A stretch of DNA of 64,000 nt from an uncultured Bacteroidota bacterium (GTDB taxonomy: Bacteria > Bacteroidota > Ignavibacteria > Kryptoniales > JAKASW01), in assembly GCA_963703365.1 (NCBI GenBank), contig OY969815.1, forward strand, positions 1,856,605 to 1,920,604, given 5' to 3'. Every line of letters starts with the position of its first letter. Position 1 is the first letter of the stretch. The notes below the pieces were generated by a model, which had not been told where the DNA came from, searched no databases, and worked only from the letters and a program-made list of their open reading frames with translations. Made by a program: the position numbers and the translations under genes. Positions 17,926 through 24,600 of the stretch are shown piece after piece.

Positions 17926-18318
17926 ATGGAAACAGTGCTTGTAGCTGAAGATAATGTAGGAATTGCTGGACTTTTAAAGTTCAAGCTGACGCATTCGGGA
18001 TACGAAGTTCTTCTTGCGGAAAACGGGAAGTTGGCCCTAGAAGTGGCCAAGAGTAATCGGCCGGATCTGATAATACTTGATGTAATGATGCCTGTGATGA
18101 ACGGCCTGGAAGCATTGACGATTTTAAAGAGTGACGTAGATCTAAAATCGATTCCAGTGATAATACTTACAGCACTCTCGAATGATTCGGAGATAGTTAG
18201 AGGCCTCGAACTTGGTGCAGACGATTACATCACCAAGCCGTTCAAAATGCAAGAATTTGTCGCTCGTGTTCACGCATTACTCTCGAGATGCAAAATCTCT
18301 AATATTGCACAGTCTTGA
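17926..18318 (+). CDS. stand-alone response-regulator receiver (CheY-like) protein
   Basis: 130 aa. Receiver landmarks are AEDN (acidic pair), ILDVMMP (phospho-acceptor Asp), ILTAL and KPF. It ends about 10 residues after an OmpR-type linker (ARVHALLSR) with no output domain. RBS GGAGG. Confidence 0.9.
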   Translation: METVLVAEDNVGIAGLLKFKLTHSGYEVLLAENGKLALEVAKSNRPDLIILDVMMPVMNGLEALTILKSDVDLKSIPVIILTALSNDSEIVRGLELGADDYITKPFKMQEFVARVHALLSRCKISNIAQS

Positions 18319-18356
18319 AAACCTTAAGAATATCCATCATGACCATGCGCTTCTGA

Positions 18357-18530
18357 CTAGTTTGGAAGGCAGGTCAAGAATTGCCCCGAATTTATTTCTT
18401 TCAGCCAGGAAGTGCAAATCGGTTCTGTGTTCCAACACGGGTGACCATGGTGATAAGCGACAAGATATTCGCCCCACAAATGCAGTTTACCGAATCCATG
18501 ATTTGTCCACTTGACTTTGAAGACATACAT
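18357..18530 (-). CDS. 57-aa Trp/His/Cys-rich small ORF immediately downstream of the methyltransferase
   Basis: Below the track's size cutoff. Hand translation: MYVFKVKWTNHGFGKLHLWGEYLVAYHHGHPCWNTEPICTSWLKEINSGQFLTCLPN. The ATG is 13 nt after the methyltransferase TAG and is preceded by GGGAGA. Confidence 0.35.
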   Translation of the reverse strand: MYVFKVKWTNHGFGKLHLWGEYLVAYHHGHPCWNTEPICTSWLKEINSGQFLTCLPN

Positions 18531-18543
18531 TAATCTCCCGCCG

Positions 18544-19560
18544 CTAAGACCTCCTCCTCCCAGTCATAAGGTCTGTTCCGAACTGGGTCTCAATCTTGCT
18601 GATCTTCTTGAAACCGGCATCCTCCATCCAACCATGCACCTCTGATTCCGCGTATGTATCGCCTTCACGAGTGTTCACGAGCATGTTGAGCGAGAAGTAT
18701 GCCCCTGCCGTCGGTGAGGTCCGGCCTCCGTTCATTATATAGTCGAGCACTACCAGACGTCCCTCTGGGTTCAGCGCTTCGAACGCCTTCCTGAACAATT
18801 GCCTATTTATCCCTGTAGAATTACTATGGATAACCGCGGATATAAACACGAGATCAAAACCGCTAACCAGAGGATCCACCGTGTAATCACCTCCAACAAC
18901 GCTGATCTGATTGCCGAGGTTCTCTGCATCGATATAGGCCTTTGTCAGCCTTGTGACATTCGCCAGATCAAAAACTACCGCGGTAATCCCCTTCCTCGCA
19001 CGAACGAACGCCATCGAAAACACTCCCGATCCCCCTCCGACATCGAGGACACGTTTTACACCTTTCAGATTGATCAACTTGACGATAGCCGGCGCCTGGC
19101 GGATCGCTCGCATATGCATCGCCGCTATGAAAGCTTCCAACCAATCCACTCCCTGGCCGCTCGCCGGATCGCGCACGAATACTGATGACCCTTTGCGCAC
19201 AGCATCCGTAAGAGTGCTCCAGGTGTTCCACAGGCTGACCTGATGCATCAACCCTCCTAGGTAATCAGGTCCTCCTTTGACAAGGAAGCGTGATGTAAGC
19301 CGGGTGTTCGAGAATTCCCCTTTCTTCTTGACAAGATATCCCGACGCACAAAGGGCGTTCAGCAACCTGTCGGTCGCCCGCGGGTTCGTTCCCGCCAGCT
19401 GTGCCACTTCTTCGGAAGATTTCCGCCCATTACCGAGAGACGAAAAAAGATCAAGCTCGAAAGCAGTCAATAAAACGCGAGCCTCTCGAAAGGCATATAC
19501 TGAATCCATTATTGTGGATGGAGAGAGTTTTGCTTTTTCTCCGGATTTGCGTCTCGCCAT
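18544..19560 (-). CDS. class I SAM-dependent O-methyltransferase (Methyltransf_2 / COMT-CrtF-BchU type) with N-terminal winged-helix dimerisation domain
   Basis: 338 aa. SAM motif VLDVGGGSGVF. The N-terminal ALxxAxELDLFSxL...LAxxxGxxxxxxxRLLNAL pattern is typical of this family. Confidence 0.85.
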   Translation of the reverse strand: MARRKSGEKAKLSPSTIMDSVYAFREARVLLTAFELDLFSSLGNGRKSSEEVAQLAGTNPRATDRLLNALCASGYLVKKKGEFSNTRLTSRFLVKGGPDYLGGLMHQVSLWNTWSTLTDAVRKGSSVFVRDPASGQGVDWLEAFIAAMHMRAIRQAPAIVKLINLKGVKRVLDVGGGSGVFSMAFVRARKGITAVVFDLANVTRLTKAYIDAENLGNQISVVGGDYTVDPLVSGFDLVFISAVIHSNSTGINRQLFRKAFEALNPEGRLVVLDYIMNGGRTSPTAGAYFSLNMLVNTREGDTYAESEVHGWMEDAGFKKISKIETQFGTDLMTGRRRS

Positions 19561-19977
19561 GATTGCCTCATCCTTTCCAGATTTGATTTGTCAACATTAA
19601 CTTGCTCACACCTCAACTTACTAATTCAGGAGAGCAGAAGCAATTTACTACCCATGACCTGCCCCCGCATTGTATACCAATGCAAAGTTAGTTATCAGAC
19701 TTTCTTACAAACATAACTCTGGATCGGTTTTCAGTGGGCACATTGCGCGATGCAATGAGGTTACAGAAATGGGACGTGCAAAGTCTGCATATTGTATGCA
19801 ATGCATTCGTAACGTCATACACAGCTCATGAGTATCAGATAAGTTTTCAAGGCAATTTCACGAATCGGTTCCGGCACAGAGGTTGAGCAATAATAATGGT
19901 GATTAGGCATGAACTTATAATCTAAATGACTCCGCGAGGGTCCCATGCCGACCTTTGACCAAGTCTGGAACTGAGCA

Positions 19978-20238
19978 ATGAAAAAAAACCAAGAAAATGA
20001 ACAAACCGGAAACTGCAAGATTGAAGAATGGGAAGTAGTAGTGTCTCGGGATATTCAGGTTATCGAGGCGAAAAAGGTGAATAATGATATGCCCGGGATG
20101 TGGCAGAGACCCCTTTTTTACTCATCTGGTGATCTGAATATAGTTGTCCCCGGGATATCCGAGGAAGCGGCCAGGGACAACGCAGAATATATTGCGAGAT
20201 GCATTGCCTCTGCTGAAATGTGGGGATTCGATCTCTAA
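19978..20238 (+). CDS. 86-aa protein of unknown family, paralog B
   Basis: Differs from paralog A at 4 residues (T12N, C42W, G44R, K70E). Confidence 0.6.
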   Translation: MKKNQENEQTGNCKIEEWEVVVSRDIQVIEAKKVNNDMPGMWQRPLFYSSGDLNIVVPGISEEAARDNAEYIARCIASAEMWGFDL

Positions 20239-20266
20239 AATTCTGCCGACTTCGGCTTTGATCAAC
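19978..20266 (+). repeat. inverted-repeat arm B
   Basis: See arm A. The shared 3' flank is AATTCTGCCGACTTCGGCTTTGATCAAC. Confidence 0.85.
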
Positions 20267-20480
20267 TGGCCAGCGCCAGCGAACGATGTACCAATGATAA
20301 GTTAGGATTTTCATGTTTTGTTATTACTCAAGTTTCGGGAATTGCAGTTAATGTTCCTGGTCATGTGCCGTGCGGGATTGCAAAGCTGGATCTGAATAAG
20401 GCGTGACGTGCCACGATACGAGACCCGACATAAACCACAGTTACCAGCCGTGACGTATGAACCGATTTTATTTGGCGTTT

Positions 20481-20999
20481 TTATTTCTTTATCATACTGT
20501 ATCTGTATTCATCACAAATTTTTCCATTTTTACAAACTGATTTTTCAAAAATACAATCCAATTTAAAGCCAGCTTTTTCTAATACTCTTTGTGATGCTTT
20601 ATTAAAATCATATACTCCTGTATAAATTCTAATCAAGTCTAATTGATTAAATCCATAATCTACCAGCAAATTAACTGCGTGGGTCGTGATTCCTAATCCC
20701 CAGTATGGTTCTCCAATCCAATAACCAATTTCAGCACTCAATTTATATACATCAGTCTGTTTAACGAGTCCAATAGAACCAACAAAATCACCTTTATATT
20801 CAATCGCAAATGTTGTCTGTGGATCCTCTTTTTGACAGAATGATATAAATTTCTTTGCATTACTTTCAGTATATGGGAATGGGACGTTATCACGAAGATT
20901 ATCCCAAATCTTTTTATTGTTGCAAAGTTCAGCTAATCGCTTAGCATCCGAATCTCTAAACCCTCTTAATTTTATTTTTTCGACATTAAACTCTATCAT
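20481..20999 (-). CDS. GNAT-family N-acetyltransferase (RimJ/RimL-like)
   Basis: 172 aa. IGYWIGEPYWGLGITTHAV and NKASQRVLEKAGF are typical Acetyltransf_3/GNAT blocks. The gene is markedly AT-rich compared with its neighbours. Confidence 0.85.
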   Translation of the reverse strand: MIEFNVEKIKLRGFRDSDAKRLAELCNNKKIWDNLRDNVPFPYTESNAKKFISFCQKEDPQTTFAIEYKGDFVGSIGLVKQTDVYKLSAEIGYWIGEPYWGLGITTHAVNLLVDYGFNQLDLIRIYTGVYDFNKASQRVLEKAGFKLDCIFEKSVCKNGKICDEYRYSMIKK

Positions 21000-21229
21000 T
21001 TTGCAATCTCTTCAAAATGCCACACAACTGCTTTAACCACAACATTCTGTCGTCTTTGCTGCTCATTGACCTCCAAAGTTATTGGTTTCAACCATGAAGT
21101 GAAAATCGGTTTCTGTTGCAGCATGGGCGACCATGGTGACAATGATTTGTTCACTAAAATTTGAAAACATGCAGCGAACAGCAAACACGCGCCTAAAAGA
21201 ATCAGGTCGAAAGATGATTTCTCTACCAT
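20996..21229 (-). CDS. hypothetical small protein with one hydrophobic segment
   Basis: 77 aa. Its stop overlaps the GNAT start (ATGA). No recognisable motif. Confidence 0.3.
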   Translation of the reverse strand: MVEKSSFDLILLGACLLFAACFQILVNKSLSPWSPMLQQKPIFTSWLKPITLEVNEQQRRQNVVVKAVVWHFEEIAK

Positions 21230-21335
21230 GACTTAATCTCTTTTACCAAAGTATCTAGTTTTGTTTCAAAGGTACTGAATTCAACCCGATTGCCGAAACC
21301 AAACAAATTGCGCGAATCGAGTAGTTGGCCGTTCA

Positions 21336-21698
21336 CTATAGGATAATACCTATCTGAATTGCCAAGTCTCGTGAGCCAAGCAAGACTGGTTTTCCCAATG
21401 TTCTAGCATTGATTTTGCCTCTGAGAACACTGTCTATCTTCACTATTGACTTGGAGTGGAAACATTCACTTTCAGGCCCGTGCATTTCCTCAACATCCAC
21501 AACTTCTCCGATTACTACGAGGTCAGACACCATGGCGTGATGAACCTCATCATATTGCGATTTCCTGGATTGAGCAGCAGTTGTGCCCTCATCGTCCACA
21601 TTCTTTTCTTTTTTTTCTTGATCTTGACAGCTATTAACAACCAATAATGCACCTAGCGTGAGTGGAGCGATTAAAGATTTCATAACCGGACTCTTCAT
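21336..21698 (-). CDS. hypothetical small secreted protein or lipoprotein
   Basis: 120 aa. The N-terminus MKSLIAPLTLGALLVVNSC looks like a signal peptide ending in Cys. No recognisable domain. Confidence 0.4.
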   Translation of the reverse strand: MKSPVMKSLIAPLTLGALLVVNSCQDQEKKEKNVDDEGTTAAQSRKSQYDEVHHAMVSDLVVIGEVVDVEEMHGPESECFHSKSIVKIDSVLRGKINARTLGKPVLLGSRDLAIQIGIIL

Positions 21699-21963
21699 TT
21701 TGGCTGTGAGACAACATTGCCATTTTTTAGCTAATTTTCAACTCGCCGTAGTCTGTTAACGTTAAGAGATTGCCGGATACCAAAGAAAAACACCATCTTA
21801 CCAAGCAAGTTTGGATTCGGTCCAACACCTGAACGCTCGGAAGTTCAAGATCGATAGATGAATGCTGACATCTGAGATTATTTGGTCTGTAAGGTGTATG
21901 AAAGGTAAGGAATAGATTTTTTGAACTTAGGAATTTGTCTGCCGAAATTCGGCCGGTTAGGCT

Positions 21964-23289
21964 TTACAATTTTCTAATTTTCACAGACCATTGTCTTTGT
22001 CCGAGACCTGGCACTTCTACCATGTAAAATGTGGCGTTGCTGAAGTCAACGACAGATTTGCCGCTTTCCTGTTTTACGCCTTTCAGGTAAACTACTGAGT
22101 TTTTCATGACGGTTCTGAAGGTTGGCTTGACACGGGATAAATCCACGGTGCTATCCGCAATGCACTCAATAGTTGTGCCCAGCCAGTTTATGGACATACT
22201 GACCATTCCGTGAAAATCAAAATCGATGAATCCGAGCCGACAATCTTTGAGATTCTGTCCCGGCAGAAGTCGTCCCATCTCTATTACGCGGAAATGCTTC
22301 TTGATAAAATCGGGAGTAAACACATTGATCAAATCTTCTCTTCCCAGAATACCTTTCCATTGCTTCAGAGCGAACGGTGAATTATCTGCGTAGAGCACGA
22401 ACGCGCCGGCATAATCACCGTTAAATGCGCCGTACACCTGCAATGCCCTCGCAATCACCTTGGACGCAGGTGTGAGATCTAGTGCGTCGATATCGATTGA
22501 CGGGTCGAGTTGAATACGCCCGCCCATTGGAATACCAAACCGATTATTCATTTCCATGAAAGTCGCCTGCGCTGTGCTCGCTGGCGGAACAAAAAACTCG
22601 GAACGTCCTCGTTGGTATGCAAACACAAGTGCGTGATTGATCCTCCCTGTTCGTATCTCGTCAGGTCTAATAAGTCCGGCGATCAACGGAAAACCACTCG
22701 CCCTGGAACGGTGAGCATCAAACTCGTTGTTCCGCTCGAACCAGGGTTTCTCTACACCAGAACCCCTTAAATCAGTTACTGCACCTAGACCGGTGGTCCA
22801 TATCCCCTCCTTGTTCTTCCGGGCAGCCCACATGTCCCACTCGGTCATCTTAGATGTATCGACAATGCACATGTGGTTGTCGCTGAAATCCCCAACGGGC
22901 CGTGAGGCGATAAAATAAGGGAGAACCGGAATCCGGTTAGGTTCCGCGAATCCTTTCCCGTAAATGCCAGGACGCGAATTGATTACGTTCACTCCCGGAA
23001 CAGTGTCGGAATCAATGTAGTAGACTGGGACGGACCATTCGTCGATATTTATGAAAAGACCGCCGATGCTGAGTTCATCAATAAAACGGTTGGAATTGGA
23101 ATCTATCCTGGCGTCGGCAGGAATTTCCTGATTCCACGGACTGTCGTCTCTAAACGGCCTCCAGCAGTTTTGTGCAAATGAATTCTCGTGGTGGAAAAGA
23201 GAGACAAACAGCAGGAGGGGGGCGACGAAACCTATCGATGGCCGCCACTCAATTGCTGCGTACGATGATCTAATATGTTCAATCATCAT
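21964..23289 (-). CDS. hypothetical secreted protein
   Basis: 441 aa. Signal-like N-terminus (IGFVAPLLLFVSLFHHENSFAQ). Long uninterrupted ORF with ordinary composition. I recognise no family. Confidence 0.6.
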   Translation of the reverse strand: MMIEHIRSSYAAIEWRPSIGFVAPLLLFVSLFHHENSFAQNCWRPFRDDSPWNQEIPADARIDSNSNRFIDELSIGGLFINIDEWSVPVYYIDSDTVPGVNVINSRPGIYGKGFAEPNRIPVLPYFIASRPVGDFSDNHMCIVDTSKMTEWDMWAARKNKEGIWTTGLGAVTDLRGSGVEKPWFERNNEFDAHRSRASGFPLIAGLIRPDEIRTGRINHALVFAYQRGRSEFFVPPASTAQATFMEMNNRFGIPMGGRIQLDPSIDIDALDLTPASKVIARALQVYGAFNGDYAGAFVLYADNSPFALKQWKGILGREDLINVFTPDFIKKHFRVIEMGRLLPGQNLKDCRLGFIDFDFHGMVSMSINWLGTTIECIADSTVDLSRVKPTFRTVMKNSVVYLKGVKQESGKSVVDFSNATFYMVEVPGLGQRQWSVKIRKL

Positions 23290-23502
23290 ACCTCAATATA
23301 ACTCTGCTGTTCCATGCTTGTCAAGTTTTGCTCGCTCGGTTCATGATTCACGGACAGATTGATTGAATTCCTTCGTCCTTTTCTAATGCGCGAACATCGT
23401 GGTGCGGCATTATTTCGTATTCTCTGCATCGACGATGCGATCTAGTTGTCGATTAACTTTTAGCTTTATGAAGTGTTAAGTGCTGTAGCCCGCTCATGCC
23501 AG

Positions 23503-23655
23503 TTACTTCTGGTAAATTACCCGTAGGCCGCGACTGATCTCGGCGGCGGCCTCTGAAAAATGAGTATCTCCGTCGAAAACAACGGTTTGCAAACGAAAGC
23601 TAGGATATCGCCTGCTCAACAGCTTGTCTGCAAGTTGTTGCATGTTGGTCACCAT
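23503..23655 (-). pseudogene. C-terminal stub of an esterase-like (alpha/beta hydrolase, putative-esterase type) gene
   Basis: Hand translation: MVTNMQQLADKLLSRRYPSFRLQTVVFDGDTHFSEAAAEISRGLRVIYQK. This resembles the last roughly 45 residues of the family (...F.Gx.H.s...a...gL.wl). The frame opens only 7 codons upstream of this Met, after a TAA. Confidence 0.35.
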
Positions 23656-23820
23656 TCTACAGGCAAGTATAGTCTGTTAATCCTTAAACTACGCCTATGC
23701 TATGCTCTGACTAAAATCTTTGTTAGTCCCGCCGGAATAGACGCCGAAATATTTTTTTACGAGGACTCTCTCTTCTACACGTTTTTCAATGGTACGGACC
23801 GAACACAATTTGAAATCACT

Positions 23821-24122
23821 ATGAAAATAGAGGAGGACGAAGAAGAAATTTTCGGTAAACTTCGTGCGAGTAAATCGGATGTATTGTCGTATAAGTATTT
23901 CATTCGAAAAGCCATGATCACTGAATCCCCCATCAATCTTGAAGAAGCCGCAACCACATATCCTGAAATTATGACTACAGATCAACAGCTTCATATGCTC
24001 AGGTTTATGTTCAAACAATTCGCAATAAGACGAGTAGGAAAGAAATTCCATTCGAGAAATTTAGGTCAGCCGTGCGATATAGGAAAGAGGATATAGATGC
24101 CTGGATGAAGCGAGCGAAATGA
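23821..24122 (+). pseudogene. excisionase/AlpA-type HTH (HTH_17-like) gene with a frameshift
   Basis: One frame reads MKIEEDEEEIFGKL...EIMTTDQQ. The next frame (open 23967-24122, no start codon) reads ..STASYAQVYVQTIRNKTSRKEIPFEKFRSAVRYRKEDIDAWMKRAK. That second reading hand-aligns to the LTxxEAAxYLGVSxxTIYRLxxxGxIPxxKxGxxxRxxxxDLxxWL pattern. A 1-nt indel near 23985 would join the two frames. Confidence 0.5.
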
Positions 24123-24352
24123 ATTAAACGAGTCAACAGGAGTGGCAGGAGAAGTTGAAATTTTGGATTCAAATCTTTACATTAAGGGTGAAAGCTCTGC
24201 GCGCACGTGACAAAACCGTTGCAAGTTGTACAGTATTTTGCAGTATGCAAACATATTTAGGCAGTTTTGGATCCGCCAAGAAAGTTCGACTCCAGAAAGA
24301 AATGACAATGTTGAAACCGGCATGGCCTCATCCCATTCTGAAAGAAAAACAC

Positions 24353-24375
24353 GTTTCGGAATCCCTCCCTCCGCC
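24353..24375 (+). repeat. degenerate copy of the tRNA-Ser 3' end (possible att remnant)
   Basis: GTTTCGGAATCCCTCCCTCCGCC compared with the tRNA-Ser sequence at 14952-14973, GTTCGAGTCCCTCACCCTCCGC. Hand alignment gives 19 matches, 1 mismatch and 4 gap positions. Confidence 0.25.
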
Positions 24376-24600
24376 AACGGGAAAATTGCACACCGAAAGT
24401 GAGAGAGCGCAACAATTAATAGTTCTGAGTTTCAAGCAAGTTCTAATACCCAATGATAAAAGGAAAATCCTTACCCCATGCATTAGGGTGTGTTTGGAAC
24501 TTGATATTTGTTGTCTAGAATTTTTACACCTTGACTACAACGGGCCATTTGGCTTTTACATTTCTCTCGCAACTGTATCGTAAATTTTTCGGAGGACTAA

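Noticed and set aside
23560-24096. 178-aa plus-strand ORF and 118-aa minus-strand ORF (23695-24051).
   Set aside because: The first third of the plus ORF is the antisense of an esterase-like stub. Its last part runs out of frame through an excisionase-like HTH. It is better explained as two pseudogene remnants.
24155-24583. 142-aa TTG-start ORF in the leader of the cydA-like gene.
   Set aside because: It has no RBS, an odd composition and no recognisable motif. I treat the region as non-coding leader or att-remnant sequence.
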